Shown here: positions 1-7,444 of the stretch, piece after piece
Layout of the letters: every line of letters starts with the position of its first letter
How positions within the stretch are numbered: the first letter of the stretch is position 1
NCBI GenBank assembly: GCA_029882335.1
Contig: JAOUKW010000056.1
Span: 1-15,466 of the forward strand
Origin: Candidatus Heimdallarchaeota archaeon
Lineage (GTDB): Archaea > Asgardarchaeota > Heimdallarchaeia > Heimdallarchaeales > Kariarchaeaceae
Direction: 5' to 3'
Length of the DNA: 15,466 nucleotides
Made by a program: the position numbers and the translations under genes
Notes under the pieces: generated by a model
Told to the model about the DNA's origin: nothing
The model's database searches: none
The model's input: only the letters and a program-made list of their open reading frames with translations

Positions 1-1
1 G

Positions 2-247
2 CATGTTGCTTCATATCTAGGTGTAGTCGATTCCGAGAGAGATAAAAGATATCCTAGTAGTCCATATGATCTACCTGTAGTGGTAAGAGCAATACAGGTG
101 ACCAGAAAAAGAGATGCGTATATTAGTACAGAAAGAGAGGAAGATGGCAAACTAGATGTGGCTAATTACGATAATCTCCATAAATTAACAGAACCTCAAC
201 ACAGAGCTGTTAGATATCTGATTCGTCAAAAGGAGGTCTTACAATGA
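2..247 (+). CDS. 3' end of an unknown protein; the 5' part lies outside the window.
   Basis: Frame 2 is open from the window edge to TGA at 245-247. That stop overlaps the ATG at 244 of the next gene (ATGA overlap). It ends ...YLIRQKEVLQ*, and the SD of the downstream gene lies inside it. No recognisable domain. Confidence 0.4.
   Translation, partial: HVASYLGVVDSERDKRYPSSPYDLPVVVRAIQVTRKRDAYISTEREEDGKLDVANYDNLHKLTEPQHRAVRYLIRQKEVLQ
231..236 (+). promoter_or_regulatory. Shine-Dalgarno (AGGAGG) for the gene starting at 244.
   Basis: AGGAGG sits 7 nt upstream of ATG 244. Confidence 0.5.
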
Positions 248-1059
248 ATTTTATTTCTAAGAAATTTTGGATTTGGCAGGGCAGACGCAAGCTTAATTCA
301 GATGACCTAGCGTTAAAATATACTGGAATTCATTTTGTAGGTCAACTGGGTACAACAAGAGACTTAGATCGTTTGTATCCATTATTATCACATCAATCAC
401 AGGTAATTCGTAATATTTCTTCATTTTCGATCAAAGAAATAATTTCACGTTATAAGAATGAATCTACAATTATTTCAAAGATAAGTGAGTCCATTCATGG
501 TTTATTTACCAATTCTTCATTATTAATAGAAAAACTAGCAATAATTGAGGTAATGGGAGAACTAAATTTACAGACAAGAGAATCATGGTTGGGTGATTTA
601 GTTTCAGTGAGTGAAAATGATCTTCAGTTTGTCATTCTAAGATCATTGAAAGGAACAAAAAATGTGGATATTTTAGATGCAGTAATGGATGCAAGTGAAA
701 CAACAGATTTGGTGCTAAGAAAAGCTGCATTAACGACTTGGTATGATGGTTTACAAAATCAAGATATTCATTCCGTATTGGATTATGTCACACCAAGACT
801 CCATTATTTAATTCGTGCAACATACGAACTTCAAACAGATGGTTTGCTCATGAAACAAGTATTATCATTTTCTGAAGTAGTTAATCTTCCAAGTCCGAAA
901 GCATATCCTGATTTTATTATAAGATATTTAACTGAATTAATTGGAAACTGGGACTATGATCCTGAGGCGAATCGTTCACTGTATAGCATAGTAGTTCCTT
1001 CATATTTTACTTTTAATGATGATAAATCTGATACTGAGAGACCCTATATTATTCTTTAA
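244..1059 (+). CDS. Hypothetical protein (271 aa), possibly alpha-helical/HEAT-like; function unknown.
   Basis: Long ORF with a strong SD and an ATGA overlap with the upstream ORF. It has weak repeated helical segments (VIRNISSFSIKEI, FVILRSLKGTKNVD, LVLRKAALTTWYD) but no diagnostic motif. Confidence 0.6.
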   Translation: MNFISKKFWIWQGRRKLNSDDLALKYTGIHFVGQLGTTRDLDRLYPLLSHQSQVIRNISSFSIKEIISRYKNESTIISKISESIHGLFTNSSLLIEKLAIIEVMGELNLQTRESWLGDLVSVSENDLQFVILRSLKGTKNVDILDAVMDASETTDLVLRKAALTTWYDGLQNQDIHSVLDYVTPRLHYLIRATYELQTDGLLMKQVLSFSEVVNLPSPKAYPDFIIRYLTELIGNWDYDPEANRSLYSIVVPSYFTFNDDKSDTERPYIIL

Positions 1060-1065
1060 CACAAT

Positions 1066-1080
1066 ATGCTTTTTATTTAC
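1066..1080 (+). terminator. Oligo-T tract between the convergent genes; candidate archaeal-type terminator.
   Basis: 'ctttttattt' lies immediately after the TAA at 1057-1059. Intrinsic oligo-T terminators are typical of archaea, but AT-rich sequence is abundant here, so the call is weak. Confidence 0.2.
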
Positions 1081-1153
1081 TTCTACGTAAGTATTATTTT
1101 CTAAAACCAAATGCTGATTGAGGATAATATATTAATTATTTATATTCTATCTA

Positions 1154-2422
1154 CTACTTAAGATACTCAAATTCCGGATACAATGGATAGTTATTGCATA
1201 TTTCAGCGACATTTTCTTTAATCTTTTGTAATTTTTCCTTATTTTCAATGTTTACAAGCGTTTGTACAAACAATTCTCCTATTTCAATCATCTCATTTTT
1301 TCCTAAACCTCTTGTGGTTAGAGCTGCAGTTCCAATACGTATTCCTGATGGATCAAACGGAGTTCTTTGATCAAATGGAATCATATTTTTGTTGGTAAAA
1401 ATACCCACGCCATCTAATGTTTTTTCGGCAATTTTACCACCAATTCCATATTTTGAGATATCGATCAATAATAAATGATTGTCTGTACCACCTGAAATAA
1501 CCTCTGCATCTTGGTCAAGTAGAGAATCTGCTAAGAATTTTGCATTGTTGATAACTTTTTGAGCATATTCCTTAAAAGATGGATCGAGTGCTTCCTTAAA
1601 GCAAACTGCCTTTGCAGCGATAATATGTTCCAATGGTCCACCCTGCATGCCTGGAAACACTGCTTTATTAATCGCTGTACCGTGAGCTTCTTTTGCCATA
1701 ATAATTGCACCACGTGGACCTCTGAGTGTTTTATGTGTAGTGGTTGTTACAACGTCACAATATGGTATAGGGTCTGGATGAACCTTTCCAGCAACAAGAC
1801 CTGCAATATGTGCAATATCCGCCATCAAGATGGCACCTACTTCATCTGCTATTTCTTTAAATGCCTTGAAATCTAATGTTCTAGAATATGCTGAGAATCC
1901 TGCGAGTATCAGTTTTGGTTTTTCTTCTAGAGCTCTTTTTCGAACTACATCCATGTCAAGCATTTTTGTCTCAGGATCAACACCATAAGACGAAAATTTA
2001 TAGAATTGACCTGAAAAATTAACTTTATGTCCATGTGTTAAGTGACCACCATGATCTAGACTCATACCTAATATGGTATCTCCCAAGTTAAGTAAAGCAA
2101 AATATGTCTCCATATTTGCTTGAGATCCCGCATGTGGTTGTACATTGACATATTCTGCACCAAATAATTGTTTGGCTCTATCGATAGCCAAGTTTTCTGC
2201 AATATCAATGAATTCATTTCCCCCATAATATCGTTTGGAAGGATATCCTTCACTATATTTATTAGTAAGAACTGAACCCGCTGCCTGTAATACTGCTTTT
2301 GAAACATAATTTTCTGAGGCAATCATCTCTAGACCATCTCTTCCTCGATTTAACTCGTTCAATAAAACAGTATAAATCTCCGGATCAACATTCATTATAT
2401 CCGACATAAAACGTCCGTTCAT
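1154..2422 (-). CDS. glyA: Serine hydroxymethyltransferase (PLP-dependent, bacterial/GlyA type).
   Basis: Full-length 422-aa ORF containing the canonical SHMT motifs: ...[13 protein letters not shown]; HAGSQAN; the PLP-lysine region [13 protein letters not shown]; [10 protein letters not shown]. The true start may be the second Met (MSDIMNV..., start at 2407). Confidence 0.95.
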   Translation of the reverse strand: MNGRFMSDIMNVDPEIYTVLLNELNRGRDGLEMIASENYVSKAVLQAAGSVLTNKYSEGYPSKRYYGGNEFIDIAENLAIDRAKQLFGAEYVNVQPHAGSQANMETYFALLNLGDTILGMSLDHGGHLTHGHKVNFSGQFYKFSSYGVDPETKMLDMDVVRKRALEEKPKLILAGFSAYSRTLDFKAFKEIADEVGAILMADIAHIAGLVAGKVHPDPIPYCDVVTTTTHKTLRGPRGAIIMAKEAHGTAINKAVFPGMQGGPLEHIIAAKAVCFKEALDPSFKEYAQKVINNAKFLADSLLDQDAEVISGGTDNHLLLIDISKYGIGGKIAEKTLDGVGIFTNKNMIPFDQRTPFDPSGIRIGTAALTTRGLGKNEMIEIGELFVQTLVNIENKEKLQKIKENVAEICNNYPLYPEFEYLK

Positions 2423-2440
2423 AATTTATCCGTAGAAATC

Positions 2441-2450
2441 ATGTATAAAA
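2441..2450 (-). promoter_or_regulatory. Candidate TATA box for glyA, which looks leaderless.
   Basis: On the minus strand, TTTTATACAT lies at about -28..-19 relative to the A of the glyA ATG, and no SD is present. This fits an archaeal leaderless transcript with the TATA centred near -25. Confidence 0.3.
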
Positions 2451-2558
2451 TCAGATTGAAAAGACAATAGTATAAAGGGAATTTCACCTGCTTTGATTAG
2501 TACAAACATATATAGTATCTGAAAAAATTAAGTTCTCGGTAAATACATATGTAAAATA

Positions 2559-2643
2559 TGCGGGGGGTGGGATTTGAACCCACGAATTTCTAAAAAACTA
2601 GGATCTGAACCTAGCGCCGTTGACCAGGCTGGGCGACCCCCGC
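2559..2643 (-). tRNA. tRNA-Leu (anticodon CAG), class II with a long extra arm; CCA is not encoded.
   Basis: Read on the minus strand: GCGGGGG-U-C-GCC[13-nt D loop with GG]GGC-G-CTAGG-TTCAGAT-CCTAG-[14-nt extra arm TTTTTTAGAAATTC]-GTGGG-TTCAAAT-CCCAC-CCCCCGC-A. It has a 7-bp acceptor stem, a 3-bp D stem as in Leu/Ser tRNAs, a perfect 5-bp anticodon stem, U33 and A37, a T-loop TTCAAAT and discriminator A73. It is a GC-rich island in AT-rich DNA. An oligo-T (AATTTTTT) follows the 3' end on the minus strand. Confidence 0.85.
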
Positions 2644-2665
2644 TTATACTTACTAACTGTTGTAA

Positions 2666-2684
2666 TGGATAAATTAAACGTTTT
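2666..2684 (-). promoter_or_regulatory. Candidate archaeal TATA/BRE promoter for tRNA-Leu.
   Basis: On the minus strand, AAACG-TTTAATTTAT lies with the TATA-like element about 26-35 nt upstream of the mature tRNA 5' end. Confidence 0.25.
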
Positions 2685-2711
2685 AGTTAATGAATATTCA
2701 TTAAACTTCGA

Positions 2712-3578
2712 TTAATCAAAATTTATAATTTTTAGTTTATTATATCTGAGAAAAGCAAGAATTGCAGTTGCTATCCATAATCCGCCAGCTATAATTCCTA
2801 TTAATATTCTAGTTATTGAATCAATCTCTAATATATTTAGTATTAGTATTCCCAACATTAAAACGTACATTATTGTAAATATATACCCCAGTGTTTTCAT
2901 TATGCTTAGATGTTGTGTGGTTAATTTTGCTTGTTTATTATTAAATACTAATTCTGAATAATTGGTGTAATATTTTGAGAGTGTGTAGGTGTACTGTATC
3001 CCCAAGGTGATTAGTAATCCAATTAATAGATTGATACTGTAATTAGAATCTAATCCTACAAATCCAAATGTACCAAATATAGCAGAGATGATTAATGAAT
3101 TCAAAAAAATATTAATATCAACAACACCTCCAACTACAATTTTTCTTGGTCGAAGAGTGTGTTGAAGGGTATTTTCGGTGGGTGGTCTGGTAGGGTTGAT
3201 GGAATAATCTCCAAGGTCTTTTTGATATGCTTCTTTGAATTTTGCTTTTACATTGTAGATTCCTTTTTTATATCTATCAGTTGTTATATTTCGTTTGACT
3301 AATCTAACTAATGTGAGTAAACCTATTATAAGAAGAAATAAAAGTACATTAATTACTAGAATAAATATATTATTATTTTCCCTGATATTGAAGGTATTAT
3401 TTGTTGCATTCATCAATAATAGAAATAAGCTACTCATAACTAGTGTAACGAAACTCATAAAAAATTTCAACCTATTCTCACCAATTTCATCATTTTTTAA
3501 CAACAATTCAGAGAGTATTTCATATTCTGTAAGTAAAAATTCACTCGCTTGTCTATCTAAACCTTGGTTATTACTCAT
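2712..3578 (-). CDS. Hypothetical polytopic membrane protein (288 aa).
   Basis: Long ORF with a soluble N-terminal helical segment followed by about 6 hydrophobic stretches (e.g. FFMSFVTLVMSSLFLLLM, IFILVINVLLFLLIIGLLTLV, IFTIMYVLMLGILILNIL, ILIGIIAGGLWIATAILAFL). No recognisable catalytic motif. Confidence 0.6.
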   Translation of the reverse strand: MSNNQGLDRQASEFLLTEYEILSELLLKNDEIGENRLKFFMSFVTLVMSSLFLLLMNATNNTFNIRENNNIFILVINVLLFLLIIGLLTLVRLVKRNITTDRYKKGIYNVKAKFKEAYQKDLGDYSINPTRPPTENTLQHTLRPRKIVVGGVVDINIFLNSLIISAIFGTFGFVGLDSNYSINLLIGLLITLGIQYTYTLSKYYTNYSELVFNNKQAKLTTQHLSIMKTLGYIFTIMYVLMLGILILNILEIDSITRILIGIIAGGLWIATAILAFLRYNKLKIINFD

Positions 3579-3712
3579 AACTTGCTTTGATAATAACTAT
3601 TTAAAAAATTAAAGTGTTTTGCGTATTTTATTAGATAAATAATCGAAAGTAATTGATTTCTATTAATCCAAATAATAAAAAATTAAAGGTGAGAAAATTA
3701 TTTTAATTTGCT

Positions 3713-4477
3713 ATGCATCCACTATTGGATCAATCATTATCTGCTGAGAGAAGGATTCAAGCTTGTTTTCAATTACAAAATGAAGAAATTGAGCTGGCTG
3801 TAGAATTATTAAGTCAGGGTTTATTTACCGATCCTAGTCCAATCGTTAGGCATGAATGCGCATATACACTAGGTGAAATCTCAACACCTCAATCTATTAA
3901 ATCACTTATTCATGCAATAGAAACAGATTCTAATGATTTTGTTGTTCATGAAGCTGCATTAGCTCTATCGAATCTAGGTGAAGGTGCACAATATTTTCAA
4001 AACTTATTAAAATCAAATAATCTCGATATTGTATGTACTGCTGAAATTTCGCTTCAAAGAATGAAGATGAAAAAAAATCAACAATCAATTGAAGATTTTA
4101 CATCATCCTATAATTCTCTTATCATGGATTTACATAAACCTGCTGAACATAGAATTCAAGCTGCATTTAAATTGATGAAGGAGGGTTCTGAATCCTCCAT
4201 AACTCAACTGATTTCTGCGATGAAACAGGAGTCAGACCCAATCGTAAAACACGAGATCATATTTTCTCTTGGTGAGACTGCATCCATAATTGCTGCAGAG
4301 GCATTGGCCCAAGAGTTAGAGAAGGATGCAAATTTATTTGTTATCCATGAAAGTCTTCTTGCTTTGGGAACCTTGGGTTATCCTGATTATTTACCAATAA
4401 TATCTAGTTTTCTTGAACACGAACATGCAGACATAAAGGAATCTGCAGAAATCGCAATAGAACGGCTTCAATCATAA
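3713..4477 (+). CDS. HEAT-repeat protein with four His-Glu pairs in two symmetric halves; deoxyhypusine hydroxylase (DOHH)-like.
   Basis: There is an internal duplication: AERRIQACFQL...DPSPIVRHECAYTLGEI...NDFVVHEAALALSNLG is mirrored by AEHRIQAAFKL...SDPIVKHEIIFSLGET...ANLFVIHESLLALGTLG. The HE pairs fall at about residues 47, 80, 181 and 213 (spacing 33/101/32). This matches the spacing and flanking residues of eukaryotic DOHH motifs (xLLKHELAYCLGQ, PMVRHEAGEALGAIG, and RFRALFTLR before each half), as recalled from memory. Phycobilisome-lyase-type HEAT repeats normally have VRxxAAxALG without HE. Confidence 0.85.
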   Translation: MHPLLDQSLSAERRIQACFQLQNEEIELAVELLSQGLFTDPSPIVRHECAYTLGEISTPQSIKSLIHAIETDSNDFVVHEAALALSNLGEGAQYFQNLLKSNNLDIVCTAEISLQRMKMKKNQQSIEDFTSSYNSLIMDLHKPAEHRIQAAFKLMKEGSESSITQLISAMKQESDPIVKHEIIFSLGETASIIAAEALAQELEKDANLFVIHESLLALGTLGYPDYLPIISSFLEHEHADIKESAEIAIERLQS

Positions 4478-4522
4478 TCATTGGATAGTGTATTATTGTA
4501 ATTTTATGCTGAAGATTGAACC

Positions 4523-5308
4523 TTAAACTTCATGTTTTGTTTGAATAATAAATTCTTTTGTTGTAATGTAATCTTCAAATGATATTTGTAGTGCTCCGCT
4601 GAGTGGATTATCCATATCATGAATTATGATATATGATAGAAAGACTAATACAGAAACAGAGAAAAGAATTATAATATATAATTTGAAACTTTCAAATCCA
4701 TCAATTAGGTACCCAAACCAGAAGAAAAATGATGCAGTGATATAAAATACTCGAAGCATTCCTGGCATTTGGCTTTTACAATGTTTTATTCTTTGTGATC
4801 GTGCGGTTGCTAATTTTTGATATGCATGCATGATTGATTCAAATGCAATTGGATCTCGGGGATCATCAAATTTTATTTTATCAATAACTCTTATAATGGC
4901 AATTAATTCTTTTGATGGATATTTCACAGGTTTCTGATTTCTTAACAGGTCAAACTCTGAATTTAATGTGGAATCAATATAGTTAATTAATGCTGGCTTC
5001 ATTTTATTGGTGGTTTCCTCACTGTTTAGATAATCACAAAAATTCCAAAGTGATACCAAAGCGTTTGCTTCTTCTGCAAATACATTCTCTGTAGATGTAA
5101 AATGAGACCACACCGTAACTAAAATAAATGCTGTAATCAGGGAGTACAATGTTCCCATTACTCCAATCACATCTGATATTCTTATTTCTGATAATTCAAT
5201 ATACAAATTCTTAAAAAATTGATGATAAATCACTCCAAAAAGTGTTGATGTGAAAATATAAATAGTCGTTTTAACAATCAACTTTGATTTTTTATATGGA
5301 TGTTGCAT
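4523..5308 (-). CDS. Hypothetical membrane protein (261 aa), arranged as 2 TM - soluble domain - 2 TM.
   Basis: N-terminal hydrophobic segments (TTIYIFTSTLFGVIY, VIGVMGTLYSLITAFILVTVW), a central soluble region of about 120 aa, and C-terminal hydrophobic segments (VFYITASFFFWFGYLI, LYIIILFSVSVLVFLSYIII). Confidence 0.6.
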   Translation of the reverse strand: MQHPYKKSKLIVKTTIYIFTSTLFGVIYHQFFKNLYIELSEIRISDVIGVMGTLYSLITAFILVTVWSHFTSTENVFAEEANALVSLWNFCDYLNSEETTNKMKPALINYIDSTLNSEFDLLRNQKPVKYPSKELIAIIRVIDKIKFDDPRDPIAFESIMHAYQKLATARSQRIKHCKSQMPGMLRVFYITASFFFWFGYLIDGFESFKLYIIILFSVSVLVFLSYIIIHDMDNPLSGALQISFEDYITTKEFIIQTKHEV

Positions 5309-5505
5309 AAATCGAAGTTATGAAATATTTATTTAAGAATTTTCAATAAAAAGATTATAATTACAACTCAATCTTATATATTTTTTACATTAACTTGATT
5401 ATAACTATTAAAATATTACTTATAGATAAGATTACAAAATTTATTTTACTAATTCAGCATATTCTCTATCACAATGATATTAATTTTCAAAAATAAATTT
5501 CGACT

Positions 5506-6654
5506 ATGGATACATTCTCATTATCAGAGGATCAAGTTCTTATTAGAGAAACAGCAAGAGATGTTGCAAAAGAGAAGATAGCTCCATTGGCTTCTGGATT
5601 TGATGCACGAGAGGAATTTCCGTGGGAATCTGTTAAACAATTACAGGAATTGGGATTTATGGCAATGATGGTCAGTCCTGAATATGGTGGAAGTGGTTTG
5701 GATACTCTCAGTTATTCAATTGCAATGGAGGAAATAAGTGCAGCTTGTGCAAGTACTGGAGTAACAATGAGTGTTAATAATTCACTGGCTGCATATCCTC
5801 TTGAGGCTTTTGGAACTCATGAACAAAAAGATGTATTTTTGCGTTCTATTGCTGACGGTGGGGGACTTGGTGCATTTGGATTGTCTGAACCGGACGCTGG
5901 CTCGGATGCTGCAGGTATGAAAACAACTGCAATACTTGAAGGTGATAATTGGAAATTAAATGGTTCCAAGATGTGGATAACAAACGGGGGAGTGGCTGAT
6001 GTTTACATCATTTTTGCAAAAACAGATGTGAATGCTGGTCACCGTGGGATATCTGCATTTATACTTAAAAAAGGTGATATTGGATTTGAGATAGGTGCTC
6101 CTGAGAAAAAGTTAGGAATTCGAGCATCAACCACCACCCCACTCCAATTTGATGAATGTATTATACCTCATGATCGTTTACTTGGAAATGAAGGTGACGG
6201 TTTTAAGATAGCCATGAAAACATTAGATGGAGGTAGAATTGGGATTGCATCTCAGGCACTGGGTATCGGTCAAGCAGCAATAGACGCTGCTATTGAATAT
6301 GCAAAAGTAAGGAATGCATTTGGAGGTCCTATCGCTCGGTTTCAAGGATTGCAGTGGAAAATTGCAGATGCAGCTATGGAGATAGAAGCGGCAAGAATGA
6401 TTACTTGGAAAGCGGCACGAATGAAGGACGCTGGTCAAAATTATACATTGCAGGCGGCGATGGCGAAGTTATACAGCAGCGAAGCCTCAGTACGAGCTGC
6501 TGATATGAGTCTGCAAATTCATGGTGGAGCTGGGTACAGTAGAGATTTTCCTGTTGAGAGATATTATCGTGATTCTAAGATAACTGCAATTTATGAAGGT
6601 ACTTCCGAAATTCTTAGACTAGTAATTGCTCGTGAATTATTAGGTAAATACTAG
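5506..6654 (+). CDS. Acyl-CoA dehydrogenase (FAD-dependent, short/medium-chain type).
   Basis: 382-aa ORF with the typical ACAD layout: a GxSEPxAGSD-like substrate loop (GLSEPDAGSDAAGM), MWITNG, and the C-terminal IYEGTSEI with the catalytic Glu. There is no SD; an A/T box (TATTAATTTT) lies at about -28..-20 from the ATG. Confidence 0.93.
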   Translation: MDTFSLSEDQVLIRETARDVAKEKIAPLASGFDAREEFPWESVKQLQELGFMAMMVSPEYGGSGLDTLSYSIAMEEISAACASTGVTMSVNNSLAAYPLEAFGTHEQKDVFLRSIADGGGLGAFGLSEPDAGSDAAGMKTTAILEGDNWKLNGSKMWITNGGVADVYIIFAKTDVNAGHRGISAFILKKGDIGFEIGAPEKKLGIRASTTTPLQFDECIIPHDRLLGNEGDGFKIAMKTLDGGRIGIASQALGIGQAAIDAAIEYAKVRNAFGGPIARFQGLQWKIADAAMEIEAARMITWKAARMKDAGQNYTLQAAMAKLYSSEASVRAADMSLQIHGGAGYSRDFPVERYYRDSKITAIYEGTSEILRLVIARELLGKY

Positions 6655-6657
6655 ATT

Positions 6658-7284
6658 TCAATTCGTACCTCTTTCAATTTCGTTATCAGGTATATATTTT
6701 GTATAATATCCGATATTATTGAGAATTTTAATTAATTCTTCAAGTCTTATATTCAACTTTTGTTCATTCAATAGCTGTTGCTTATCCAAAGGACTAAGTT
6801 GCAATGTAAATATGATACCATTTAGCAGATCTTCTGCAGGTATTTTATTTAAATCCTCAACAATAATTCTGCTTCTTTTTGAAAATTCGTTCATTGAATG
6901 AAGTAATTTATCTGTTAGTGTGGTTTTATTATTTTCATTCTCCCAGTATTCTGGTCTAATATTAATAATTTTACCCTGTTTATATGGTGTTATTGTATCA
7001 TTAAGTTCTTCAATTTCTACCGTTTGGATACCATGTAAAACGATGTTTGATCTACCATCTGTAAGTGATTGATGGTGGATTATTTTTCCAATGGTTGCAA
7101 TGTGATTTGGCTTATTATTGGCCATCAATTGTGTTATACAAATTAATCTTTCATTTTCAGGTAATGCAAGCATATCTTTAATCATTATCTGATATCGGTT
7201 TTCAAAGATATGTAGTGGCAAAATGACTCTGGGAAAGAAAACCATATCAGATAGTGGAAAGAGGGGATATGATTTTCCTATCAC
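6658..7284 (-). CDS. Stand-alone Lon protease N-terminal (substrate-binding, PUA-like) domain protein; no ATPase or protease domain.
   Basis: N-terminus YPLFPLSDMVFFPRVILPLHIFENRYQIMIKDML matches the LON_N hallmark (LPLfPL..vlFPg..lpLhIFEpRY). It is 208 aa and ends 3 bp from the ACAD stop on the opposite strand. Confidence 0.8.
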   Translation of the reverse strand: MIGKSYPLFPLSDMVFFPRVILPLHIFENRYQIMIKDMLALPENERLICITQLMANNKPNHIATIGKIIHHQSLTDGRSNIVLHGIQTVEIEELNDTITPYKQGKIINIRPEYWENENNKTTLTDKLLHSMNEFSKRSRIIVEDLNKIPAEDLLNGIIFTLQLSPLDKQQLLNEQKLNIRLEELIKILNNIGYYTKYIPDNEIERGTN

Positions 7285-7444
7285 AATAATATAATAAAGC
7301 TAAATGTATTTAATCCTTATTGCAAGATAATGAAATAAAAATACATTTTAACGTTTATAGGTCATCACAGTAATTATTTATATTTTAAATGTTCATACAA
7401 TCAACACACCAAATGTCTAAATAGATACTTTATGATTTGAATTT

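Noticed and set aside
1531-2322. Small ORFs 1531..1713 (-), 1559..1876 (+) and 2068..2322 (-) within the glyA region.
   Set aside because: They lie wholly inside the well-supported SHMT gene in other frames or on the antisense strand, and give low-complexity Cys/Phe-rich translations.
2559-2643. The possibility that the 85-nt tRNA carries an archaeal intron.
   Set aside because: The extra 14 nt sit at positions 44-48, the variable arm, not at 37/38 or inside a bulge-helix-bulge. With anticodon CAG a class II long-arm Leu tRNA is expected, so no intron needs to be invoked.
3295-3612. ORF 3295..3612 (+).
   Set aside because: Antisense to the 288-aa membrane-protein gene; an AT-rich artefact.
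3713-4477. Annotating the HEAT protein as a phycobilisome-lyase (PBS HEAT / CpcE-like) protein.
   Set aside because: The organism shows no cyanobacterial features. The repeats carry paired His-Glu and a two-fold DOHH-like duplication, rather than the VRxxAAxALG consensus alone.
6223-6901. ORFs 6223..6438 (-) and 6719..6901 (+).
   Set aside because: Embedded antisense in the acyl-CoA dehydrogenase and Lon-N genes respectively, with no signals.
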